Program-made: the position numbers and the translations under genes
Shown here: piece after piece, positions 39,601-49,874 of the stretch
Layout: every line of letters begins with the position of its first letter
How positions within the stretch are numbered: position 1 is the first letter of the stretch
Notes under the pieces: model-generated
Told to the model about the DNA's origin: nothing
Databases searched by the model: none
What the model saw: only the letters and a program-made list of their open reading frames with translations
Assembly (NCBI RefSeq): GCF_037042905.1
Contig: NC_087251.1
Location: forward strand, 20,028,001 to 20,092,000
Direction: 5' to 3'
DNA from: Lytechinus pictus
Lineage: Eukaryota
Length of the DNA: 64,000 nucleotides

Positions 39601-42600
39601 AGTACATGCGCGATGACATCACAATGACCTTTTCGGACGATAGCTTGTTTACAGTGGATATCGTTTTGATTATCGGGATATCGTTCATGCAGCCAGTAAA
39701 AATTCTTGCATTGCTCTCAACCAATCAGATTGCAGGGATTTTCCCATCCATTCTATAATAATTGTTTCATACCCTGGTTGTTGCATCATGTATGTCATCA
39801 TGTATCTCCAGGAGATTAGTGCATGTTTTGTCTCTCTTAAATACCCAACCTATGTAAATTGTTTGTAGTTTACAAATCTTCAGTTATTGTACCTTGTTTG
39901 TGGTTATCTCTGGAATATTATATTTTTTCTTTTTGTCTTTCCTCCAGTGGAGAAGAAGAGCCTCCTAAAGAAGAGGAACCAGTTGAGAGCATGGAGACCG
40001 ACAAAACTGAAGCAGCAAAGGTAAGCAGCCATTTACTAATGAATCTAGCTATTTGACAGTATATACGTTGGGGGGGGGGGTTCATGGTATGAATGTTTGT
40101 GATAGATATTTATTTAGTAAGCATCCAGAAAATGACATTGTTAGGGAAAAAAAAAAAAGAAGCAATTCTGGAGAATATGTCATGTCTATTCCTTCCATTT
40201 CTCACTAGAATTGGCTATATGCATATCTTTTTTAAGAATTACAATTAAATTATACAAGCTGCAAGTTGCAATCACAATCAAGTATTGATTATAGCAAAAT
40301 GTGTTACAATTATGAAAAGTATTATGTTTAATTTGTTGATCAATTATATCTGTATCAAAAACTCAAAGAAGATGTTTAATTTGCTATGGATGTTCTTTCA
40401 TGTTTTTGTAGGATGGAGCGACGACAAGTAAAAGTGTGTGTGGTAATTGTGCTAGTTCGGTCAGTCAACTTCATACTACACCTAAAGGACAGCTATGTCA
40501 TCCGTGCTACAGCTACTGGAGGTACACAGACTTTTATTCATGATTTCATAAATTTATAATAACATACAGGTATCATGAGTGTCTCACTGAAAATTCAGTC
40601 AGTGTTTCTTGATCTTGTATTTTAAGTGTAATGATGCCACTTTGTTTGCAATTGTTTAGGCCCAATATTGTAAATGTTGTGTGCAGTACAATAATCTCTA
40701 AGTTCAAAATGCTCCTTGTGAACCTTTTTATCACAAAATTGACAATATTTTTTTGCTCTCTTTGTCATGATCTGCACATATGTACAATTGGCCTTCAACC
40801 TTTAACTTTAGCCATTCTGTGTACAGTTATCATTTGTATTCTGGAGTTAAATTTCAAGCTCTGCTCCCATGTAAAATCGTTGACTTTAAATTCTCTTCAT
40901 TTTTATATGTCAGCTTTATCTTTACTTTTGTGCTGGGCATTCCATTAAGGAAATTAAAATCTTTAACCGAGTCATGTAAATTCATTAAAACAAATATTGA
41001 GATATAAGAACTGTAGGATTTCTTTTCATGTTCTTGTCAATGATTCATTATTGCAGGCGTACTGGTGTCATGCGTACCCACGTGGGCCCGGTGAGAAACG
41101 AGATCCAGACTCACCATCGTCATCATCCTATGAGGATGAAGAAGAAACCCCCGCGAGGGATGTACGTAGATCGTGATGACCTCCTTTCTATGGCAACCAC
41201 TCAGGCTGATGCCATCTTTAAGGGCTTGGATGCAGACATTGTTAATCTCAAAAGACAGGTGAGAGGCATATAGCAATCTGCCAGACAAAGAGGGAAGCCA
41301 TATAACCTGTTATATTTCAGGCTTGGTCAACCAAACCATTGGCAAGACAAAGCTCATCAACAAAGTCGGCAGCTTTGACGCATAAAAAAAGTTGCACAAT
41401 TTTTTTGGTGAATGGTGTCCATTTAAAGGCTCTCAAATTTGTTATTTAGTACAAATGAATTTCTTTGATGTGCCATATTGTCCTAGCAACTTCGGAATTC
41501 TTTTGTTACAGATGATTTGCCTGACTGCAAACTTTTAAGAAATATTATTGAGCTTTGTTGCATATTTGATATGCAACTTTTACCTGTACTGCTTATTATT
41601 TCCTTTTATTAAATTTCTCTATATTAGTAATTCTGTTGTACATTGTTTACCTCTAGTGTTTGTGTAAGATTGATAACAAAAAGTCAGTACATTTTTTCCT
41701 ATTGGTTTGAAGAGAAAAAAGCTTTATTTCTGAACAAAATTTCGTACATATGTTGAAAATTGATTTTCAGAAATGTTCTAGTGAGCATTTACAAATATTA
41801 TCTATTTAGAGTGTATTCGCGATGCATTAAAACACATCTTTAGGTGTGCATCAATTGCCTGTTCAATTCGAGAGCATATTCCTATTAAAGAAGATCAAAA
41901 TCTGACGAATATCCAATAGGCTCCTGTACAAAACTTGCTGTCCAATATGAGACCGAATTCAACAAAAGAGCATGCATGAATGCGCAAAATATAGAATGCG
42001 TACAACAATGAATGCAATGCGATAAACAGCATAGAGCACAATGATACTTAACGGCATTATAATGAATTACATTTAAGTCATATTTCTACATTAACCTTAT
42101 GAAGTGAGACCATATTAACCGATTGTGGTAAATGACTTGACTTGCTCAATCAAAATTTTCCCACTTTTTTTTTTGGGGGGGGGGGCCAACTAGCATTACC
42201 AGATTTTAAAAATTCTAATTGTCCAGCCAATAGACATGTTTATTAACCTATATTCTCATTTGATAACAAAGGTTGTTTTTGACAATGTGGAAGGGTATTA
42301 TTCTGAGCATATTTCTTATTATTGGTAATATTCACATTTTCTTTTCTTGTTTTGATTATAGCTCCAAAATAACAAACAATTGGTTGGTCAACAGAAGGAG
42401 AAGATGATAGATGTTGATAGCTTTCGTCCTCCTGAGCCAGCTCAGAGAAACAAATCAAGCTGGACCAATGATGAACAACTACTTGCTGTACAAGGTAAAC
42501 AAAGATAGATCAGAGGCTAATAGGTTGTACAGTCGATTCTCATGCTTGATTGCATGTAATAAAATGTAATCAAGCATATAAAATCAGCCCTTTGATCAAA

Positions 42601-45600
42601 TGCCAAGCTTTGTGTCAGATGTTTTATTGATTTACCATTGTGATATCATGTATTGTACAGTTATTAATGAGCTTTATTAATGCTGTGGAATTAATAGATT
42701 TCCTTGTTAAAGAAATTGTTAATCATCATTATTTTCTCTATCAAAGGTAAGTGAATTGGGTGTTTATAAATGTGTTTAGTTCATACCATTGTTGTGACCT
42801 TTCTCACTGTTGTAAAAATACTGTTCTAGAATGCACATTTTAATCGCTATAAATGGTCAGAGATTGCAAGGAAATATGATTAATATGATGATGTGTATGA
42901 TGGTAGATTGTGATATAGAAAGTGGAAGAACTTTGAAAGTCTTGTGTCCAACTTTCCAACATTTGTAAATGGGGTACACACAGGCCTCCCCCTCCTGGCT
43001 TTGTAAACTTGCAGATTCAAGAGCCAATGAAAATGGTGCTCCCTAAGTTTCTAGCCTGTGCTGTGTTTATTTTATAATTTATAGGCTCTTTTGCAACTTG
43101 CAACCTTGGACTATTTTTGGCATATTGGGGAAGGGGGCAAATCACCTTTTTCCTTTGATATGTAATGAAATTCACTGTTTTACTATAATGATAATGATGA
43201 AACACAATTATTGTATGGTGCATATCACATTATTATATAATGTCCCCTTTTGCTTCCAAAGGATTATGTTCTCAGTGTTCCATCCTACAGCCTTGATGGC
43301 CAGTAGCTGCCTTACTGCTTCTAGCCTTTGTGATGATAATGTTAATAATGGCTAACTTGTACTGATTTATTTCAGCTTTAAGGAAGTACGGTCAAGACTT
43401 TGAAGCAGTGGCTGATGTGATTGGTAATAAGAATGCTGCACAGTGTCGTGCCTTTATGGTGACCTTCAGAAGACGATTTAACCTTGACAAAGTTCTTGAA
43501 GAGTATGAAGCAGAGAAGAAAGCAAGAGGAGACACTAGTGAGGTAAGACATTCAGAAAGTGAGTGATTGGATGGTATTGCTTAATATCCTAATTTTTCCA
43601 GATGGTGCGGTAGAAACATAAAGAAGTGAAGTCACCCATTTTAATAACTGATAACATGTGGACATGGAAGTGTAATTTGACAAGTCAACTAGAACATTCT
43701 CCTTTGGAATGATTGTTAAAATCATTGTCTAGTTTCACTGTTTATTGTTGTTTTTAATCTCAGCCACCTGTAAGTAGTGCTACCAGTACACCATTGGCCA
43801 CTGCTCCCCTGGCTGTTCCAGTCATCGCTAGTGCCCCACCCCCTCTGCATAGACCAACGGCAGCACCAGCTCCCGTTGTCACTCAGTCACCCCAATCACA
43901 GAAACCTCCACCTCTACAAACACAACAGCCAAGGTAGATATATCTTTTTTCAAAATTATACTTATAGAAATTGTTTTTAATTGTCAAGCATATCATTTGC
44001 TTTATTGCAGTTTCTGTAGTAAAAGTGGGGCTGATGGGATGAATGCTTTTTAAAAATAAATTTATTATGTACTCCCATGATAAATTTGCCTTTAGATATA
44101 GCTTACTTGCTATGCAAGTCAGAATATTTTTTAATGAGTGATGAGATCCTTTCACTTTAATAGAGAAAAATTAAATTGCTTGCAGGAATTTTCTATTCCT
44201 TCAATTGCTCCAAGAATGTAGGTTGATGAGGCTTCTGATCTCAAACTTACGTTTTTTATTTGCATCTTGAGGAGAGAGACTGCTCATTTTATTATTACTC
44301 TTTTGACCTTTCAAGCATGTAGAAAAAAGAAAAATAAAGGATAAATAATTGAATCTATATCTTATTTGGCCTGTTTTATTAAAGTATTCTTGAATTAAGG
44401 AAGATGTTTGTAGATGAGAAGCTCTTCCTTTTATGCATTTTGCGCATGAAACAACAGCTCAAGCTTATGCAAGCATGGAAGTAATAACTTTGCATGTCTG
44501 AATAAATATTTTTTACACAGATGGCATTATATAGATGTCTATTATTATTTGCAGATTATTTTCATAAACAATAGATATGTATATAAGTCCCATTGATACG
44601 TTTGTTTTATTATGGTTACCATTTTATTAACCAGTTTATTAAACCGTCAAGTAGGAAATATATGGTTATGAATTCATGCTGATTTAAAGATTAAGCAGGC
44701 TGGGGGGGGCGGGCATTTCATGATTGGTCAGACACCTGTGCTTCTCAGCCAATCAAAATCAAGGAAAATTGTCAGATAACAATTGTAGATGGAACCCTCT
44801 CCAGGTGCATTTGATTGATAGGTTGTTAATTACAGGACATGCCTTTATGATATTTACCTTATAGGTTGTAAATTACAGGACATGCTATGTGAAATTCACT
44901 TTCGTGTAAATTTCTTTGATCAAAATTTGTAAACAAGTAGGAATGTGTAATTCACATTTTCACTGGGATCTTGTTTATGAAGGAAATAGAGATTCAGTTA
45001 TTTAGGGAATATTGGATGGCCTTGAGTGGGATGCGTTGAAATATTGTTCTTCAGCGAGTAACAGTATTTCTACGCATCCCAAGAAAGTTGGTCATCCAAT
45101 ATTCTTATTATTATTTATATACCCCCACAAAGCTAAACATAAATTAATAAAAAAAAGTTAGTTTAGTAGTAGGCCTAGTGTACGGTATCAGTTTGTAAAC
45201 AACAAATTCACACACATGCATTGCATTGTATGTATTGCATTATACGTAAAATTCTCACATAAATTACATGTAGCTGTAGCGCGCGTCGCGTCGTCTGCAT
45301 AATTATGAAAAGCGCAACTAATACGCAATGCAATTTCGTTGTGACGTTACAATAGCTTCATGCGCTCAAACATTTATTAACCAATGATAATCTTGTGGGC
45401 GGGGCAAAATATTCATTTCGTCCAATATTGAAATTATTGGACGGTTTGCATGGGCATTCACGTTAAAAGTCAATTTCAATATTTTGTCTCCTCGATACAA
45501 CCTCGCAAGACGTCAGAAAATATCTGCACCTCTAAAACACTACATCTAAATAATAATGATACATAGACTAGGTCCTTATAGGAAATATATTATTCACAAA

Positions 45601-46023
45601 ATTTTATGGTTGGATATTGATATTGCAAAGGCCAGCTGAAATTCCAGTGGATCAGTATCAGTTATGTTAGTTCAATTTCTGTATAAAAATAACATTATTA
45701 GCATGAAATTTGCTGACTTTTTAACATTAAAAAAAAAATTGAGGGGTGGGTAATTTTTACTAAAGTCATATCCACTTTAACAGTTTAAGATAGTTAAATG
45801 ATTGAATTTCATTCTTATATTTGTGAAGTAAATTGGTTATCCTTGTATCATACCTACCAGATTCCTTCACCCTCGAAGTGCCCTCCAGCAGCCCCCACCA
45901 CTTAGACCCAGCACAGCAGCATCCGGTCCCCTGGCCCGCTCTAGACCGCCCATCATGGGCCCCTTATCAGGGCATCCCCCTACCATAGGAGCTGCTACGC
46001 AAAGGGAGCCATCACCACAATAG
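24507..46023 (+). CDS. RCOR3: REST corepressor (CoREST), RCOR3-like; 12 coding exons, 1641 nt, 546 aa. join(24507-24645,24747-24803,32655-32738,34629-34843,37706-37833,39948-40020,40412-40521,41057-41258,42362-42494,43376-43542,43764-43933,45861-46023)
   Basis: All introns are GT-AG with consistent phases. ELM2 (MRVGSEYQA...LLVWTP...[27 protein letters not shown]), SANT1 ([46 protein letters not shown]), linker (KKKPPRGMY, coiled coil), SANT2 ([30 protein letters not shown]...[16 protein letters not shown]). Pro-rich tail [17 protein letters not shown] resembles vertebrate RCOR3. Probably the single invertebrate RCOR1/2/3 co-orthologue. Confidence 0.96.
24747..24803 (+). CDS. RCOR3: RCOR exon 2 (ELM2 start, [19 protein letters not shown])
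   Basis: tttcag| acceptor, |gtaagt donor, ELM2 signature. Confidence 0.95.
26561..26955. mobile_element. 5'-truncated MITE, same family as 37854-38303
   Basis: Extended near-identity, e.g. TCTAGAGAACTGAAAATTAGGTCTGAAAAAGGGGGTCATCAAAGCGGCA. Confidence 0.85.
27071..27886. mobile_element. TIR element with ATAT TSD, containing a nested 151-bp MITE (27702-27852)
   Basis: CATCAGTGATTTTATGAACTGGCACAAACC / GGTTTGGGCCAGTTCATAAAATCACTGATG with ATAT on both sides; inner CAGGGGCCTGTTGCAGAAAGAGTTGCG / CGCAACTCTTTCTGCAACGGACCCCTG. Confidence 0.88.
28171..28648. mobile_element. MITE
   Basis: TIR AATAGGTGGTTTCAGACCG / CGGTTTGAAACCACCTATT. Confidence 0.8.
29556..29948. mobile_element. CCCGGGG-type MITE with exact 8-bp TSD
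   Basis: TSD TCTTCTTG at 29548-29555 and 29949-29956; TIR GTCAAAT(G/A)TATTGCTGTACA. Confidence 0.88.
30795..31277. mobile_element. Kolobok-like MITE
   Basis: TCAA-AGGGGAAGTTTACCCTGA ... TCAGGGTGAACTTCCCCT-TTAA. Confidence 0.78.
32655..32738 (+). CDS. RCOR3: RCOR exon 3 ([28 protein letters not shown])
   Basis: ttag| acceptor, |gtaagt donor, ELM2 LVW-P motif; absent from the ORF track. Confidence 0.93.
34009..34335. mobile_element. Foldback/palindromic MITE
   Basis: About 90-bp near-perfect inverted arms at 34057-34148 and 34175-34266; outer TATGGAGTAC / GTACTCTGTA. Confidence 0.85.
34629..34843 (+). CDS. RCOR3: RCOR exon 4 (ELM2 end, SANT1 start)
   Basis: [72 protein letters not shown]. 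Confidence 0.97.
35149..37470. mobile_element. 2.3-kb non-coding TIR element with nine GGTAACTGACATTAC motifs
   Basis: TIR TACGGGCATTTTCAC / GTGAAAATGCCCATA; motif copies at 35165, 35344, 35539, 35554, 35764 (1 mismatch), 36886, 36906, 36932 and 37098. Confidence 0.7.
37706..37833 (+). CDS. RCOR3: RCOR exon 5 (SANT1 end)
   Basis: [27 protein letters not shown]; ttcag| and |gtaagt. Confidence 0.96.
37854..38303. mobile_element. CCCGGGG-type MITE starting 20 bp after the RCOR exon 5 donor
   Basis: CCCGGGGGGTGGGGCACTCA ... TGAGTGCCCCCCC; second copy at 26561. Confidence 0.82.
38811..39760. mobile_element. Element with a 176-bp terminal palindrome (Crypton-like by inference) and an internal TTTACTGGACGCATGA minisatellite (~39028-39166)
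   Basis: Arms 38811-38886 and 38902-38986 around CGAGGCGCAGCCGAG; TTATAGAAT / ATTCTATAA sub-terminal inverted match. Confidence 0.6.
39948..40020 (+). CDS. RCOR3: RCOR exon 6 (acidic linker)
   Basis: [25 protein letters not shown]; long pyrimidine tract then ccag|, donor |gtaagc. Confidence 0.88.
40412..40521 (+). CDS. RCOR3: RCOR exon 7 (C4 zinc-finger-like)
   Basis: [36 protein letters not shown]; tttgtag| and AG|gtacac; needed to restore phase between exons 6 and 8. Confidence 0.88.
41057..41258 (+). CDS. RCOR3: RCOR exon 8
   Basis: RRTGVMR...[15 protein letters not shown]...[11 protein letters not shown] (LSD1-binding linker region). Confidence 0.95.
42362..42494 (+). CDS. RCOR3: RCOR exon 9
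   Basis: LQNNKQ...FRPPE...[11 protein letters not shown]. Confidence 0.95.
43376..43542 (+). CDS. RCOR3: RCOR exon 10 (SANT2)
   Basis: [47 protein letters not shown]. Confidence 0.96.
43764..43933 (+). CDS. RCOR3: RCOR exon 11 (Pro-rich)
   Basis: [10 protein letters not shown]...APPPLHRP...[10 protein letters not shown]; canonical splice sites. Confidence 0.9.
45006..45560. mobile_element. Second palindrome-headed element (boundaries approximate)
   Basis: GAATATTGGATGGCC..GGGATGCGTTGAAATATTGTT / AACAGTATTTCTACGCATCCC..GGTCATCCAATATTC. Confidence 0.5.
45861..46023 (+). CDS. RCOR3: RCOR exon 12 (terminal coding part, TAG at 46021-46023)
   Basis: [17 protein letters not shown]...EPSPQ*. Confidence 0.9.
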
Positions 46024-49000
46024 ATTTGCCTCATCATGCACCAGTACCATGTCATAGGAGGCTACAACCTAGCTTCATCCACTAGAATGAACACTTTTGT
46101 CTTACAAAATTCAAGAAATATAATATATCCATTCATCTAATTGATATAAGTCGTTTATGATACATCAAAACCTATAGCTCCTTTTTTTGTTTAATTTCCA
46201 TTTACTTTACCATACAACCTCCTCTTGAAAAACTCAATTCATTTTTTTTTTTTTAATTTCCATTCACTTTACCATACAACCTCCTCTTGAAAAACTCAAT
46301 TCATTTTCAAATGTTTAAGCACTGATTTAGTTTGTGACTAGTAGCAAATAATATGATCAAGTTTTAATAGATTAATGGATGAGACTGAATTCCCAAACAA
46401 GTTTAAGAACAATGACACATAGAACAACATTAGCTTGTGAGAATCAAAATGAAGTGCCATAGTTCTGATTATGCAAGGTGTGCTATTTTACTCTATGTCC
46501 TTTGAAAAAATTTGATATTTCAATTTTGAAAGTACAAATCGAGGAAAGCAAGTGGACGACTTGGCTGTAATTGTACTGGAAACGAATCCAAGACTTGGCC
46601 GTAAAACTTGCAGAAATTGAAAAACCAGGTACTGCTTAAATTATGATGGAATGAATAAGATGTATCATTTGTAGCTCCTTTCACAAGTTATCTCAGGCAT
46701 AGATAGTATTCAGATTATTCTGTTTTCTTGCAAGTTTGTCATCTTTTCAATGTGACTTTTCAAGCTTAATAGTCATGATATATAACTCATGTCAATGCAC
46801 GTGTTGCCTATTGTGATTATTTCACTAGTTTGCATATTTTTTTTATCTGTTTGACATTGATTTTATAATGGATACTTTCTTTGTTCCCATTGTTCATCCT
46901 ACCTACTGACTTTATGAAAATATTGTTGATGTTGTTGCAATGTGTTAAAGGATTGCTTTGTAATATGTTTTTTTTTTTTTTTTTTTTTTTTTTATTTGGA
47001 ATTTAATTTATTTTTCAAAAGCATTACGAATAGTAAGGTAAATGTCAGATTGTAAATAGTAAAATTACCTTAATTTATGAAATGCTGAAATATATGTTGA
47101 TGTTGAGCAATTGAAACAAGACTTTGGGTTTCAGTTTTAACTGTAAATCCAAGGTAGACATTTAAAAAGCTGCAGATGAAGTCTAGAAATAGACAAGTGT
47201 TTCATTCACATTTGTAGATATCAGTCCTATGTAAACATTTGTACTTTTCATATTGATACTTTGTACAATTATATTGAGGAAACTATAGATGGAAACATTT
47301 TTGAGAACTATGAATAGTGTATTTGGAATAGGTAGTAAAGTAACAGGAAACGGTGAGAAAAAATAGGGTGATTACATTTTCCACAGGATTTTGATGTGGA
47401 AATTGAAATATTGTCACCAAAATTTGTGTTGAAATTTATGTCAGGTAGTGATTTCCTGAAACAACTTTTGGGCAATTCCACTGTGGAAAACAATTAATCC
47501 TTACTGTACTCAGTGTATTGGGCCTATTTTTGATCTCCCTGCTGATTGAGGCCCCCCTCCCATCCCTGTCATCTCAGCCGCTCAGTATGTGTTCGCAAAA
47601 TAAAATTTGCACAAATACCATTGACAACATAGTCTCAAATTATATGGTCAATTTTCCTAAAATTAATTTTGCTTTGAAACTCATAATTTGTAGTGTAAAT
47701 GCCCCTTGAAGGAATCTAATGATATATATTTTTTATTGGGGTATGTGTCAATGAAATTTATAGGCAACACTATTTTGATAATAACCAGCATTAAGATATT
47801 CATGCATTTATAACTTTTAGCATGAAACACATTTGCATTGGATTTGCACATGCAATCGCATCTTCAAGCAACTTTTGGCATGGCGAACAACTAGAAAATT
47901 ATCTCAAAATGCCTTGAGGTTTGCATTGTGCGTTGCTGACATATTATAGGAGCCCCCTCTCCCCATTACTCAACAAGCTTATAATACAATATGAATCCTA
48001 ATAGTCTTAGTTTGATTTTAGAATATATTTTTCATTCTGGTATTTTTGTATCCAAGTTAGTAAATGAAATACATTGCCCATGTGGAATTGCCTTTGGATA
48101 TGAGAGAAAAATCATTTAAACACTGCTTGTTAGGAGACTTTTTTTTTGCATCTGCCAAACCAGCAGAAACTGGAGAGACAGATAAATGAAAGTTTGAAGA
48201 GTTGAAACACTATACCTGTCTGCTAATTATTTAATGTCAGGGAGAACAGTGACAACTCCTTACTAGCTGAAATTTACCTGATAGTTATCTACTCACCAAT
48301 GGTCATAGTTGAATGGTCTCAAAGAGGCTGCAAGATTGGTGGACTGGTTAAATTCTTCAGCACAGTTCTTGTAAATATATAGATTATTTTATACAAATTC
48401 TTGTCTTCAAAATGAAAAAGGGTATTTACAAAGTAAATAGATGCTCACCCATTTTCACTTGAGTTTCTTAGTATGTCTTTTATAATAACGTTTAAGGACA
48501 CATGTACATAAAAGCACAATAATACTAATTTGAAATTACCTGAAGAAGTGAGCGAGTGCTGCAAAATTTGGGGCTATATTCGGCTCTACTTACCATTACC
48601 AGGTAGGTAAATGAATTAAACGACTACGTATACACTATTTTCCACCTCTCTTTCTAAATGGGAGATTTGTAACCTTTTTTAAGTGAAGAATTTTGATATC
48701 AGAATTTGGGTAGGCACTTAACTATACCATAATATATTGTAGTAATTTATTGACTAGTTATGTAAATACGTGCACAATGATGGAGGCATAGTGTGAGGGG
48801 AATTGTGTTTTCTCCTGCCAATATGAGCATTCATTGTTACAATGTCTTATACTGTTAATTAACCCAGGTTTCATTTATGAATGTGATGCGTTTCTTCTAC
48901 ACATTTTTTGTATATTATATATACTGTTATTGTAAGAAAAAAGCCTGTTCCATCATTATTTATTTCTGTTCTACCGGTAATTCTTGGGTTGTTTGTGAGG

Positions 49001-49100
49001 ACTGAAATTATTTTCCAGAAGTAAATGTCGACCCCCCCCCCCCCATGCAACAAGTGGAGTTGATGAATTACAGAAGAATCAAATAAAACAAGCACTGTAC
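46024..49100 (+). other. Probable long RCOR 3' UTR; candidate poly(A) signal AATAAA at 49082-49087
   Basis: U-rich sequence with no recognisable transposon after the stop, ending just before a MITE; true end not verifiable. Confidence 0.45.
46191..46307. repeat. Tandem duplication (period 62 bp) in the RCOR 3' UTR
   Basis: TTAATTTCCATT(T/C)ACTTTACCATACAACCTCCTCTTGAAAAACTCAATTCATTTT occurs twice. Confidence 0.9.
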
Positions 49101-49185
49101 TGACAATTTCAACAAGTTGTAAAAACAAATTTGATATCAAATTAAATCCAAGAGCTCGTCATGAAATGATTTGATATACATGTAT

Positions 49186-49690
49186 GTAAAGGGGTACTCC
49201 ATGCTGAAAATAATAATTTGAACAGATGGAGTAGACAAAACACTGAAAATTTCATTAAAATCAGACAAGGAAAAATGAAGTCAAGACATCTTGGAAGTTT
49301 TGCATATTTTTTTGCTGAAACTGTTTTGCATTCATGAATATGCAATGAGCAAGCTGGTGATGTCATAACCACATTTATTCTTGTGTATGTTATTGTATGA
49401 ATTCCAGTTTTGTTCTCCAATAATAAAAAAATTGATTATTTATGCAGGGAGGCATATCATACACAAATGTATGAAAATGTGAAATAAGAACATTCTTATG
49501 TTAAAGGAACATGACATCAGACCGCCTATTGAATATTCATGACAGCATTCATTTTATCCGTTATCGCAAAATGTATTGCTCATCTTTAAATTCAAACTTG
49601 CTGAACTTGGATGAAATCTACAGCGTTTTGCTCAGTGAATTTTACTCTTTATTTAGATGAAATTATTTTCAGCCCAGAGTACCCCTTCAA
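49186..49690. mobile_element. Kolobok-like MITE between the convergent 3' ends
   Basis: AAGGGGTACTCCATGCTGAAAATAAT / ATTATTTTCAGCCCAGAGTACCCCTT. Confidence 0.75.
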
Positions 49691-49874
49691 GCTATGACAA
49701 AGGTGGTTATTCCATTTCTGTTCTTGGATGTATATTGTGAGAAGTGGACATTATTTATAAAGCTTGACCTCATTTATCAAGCTGCATATTCTTTTAAAAA
49801 TTTAACCTTAAATGGAGATTATCTATAATCCAAACTTATAACGACACACGAAATGACAAACAATGGAAACTACA

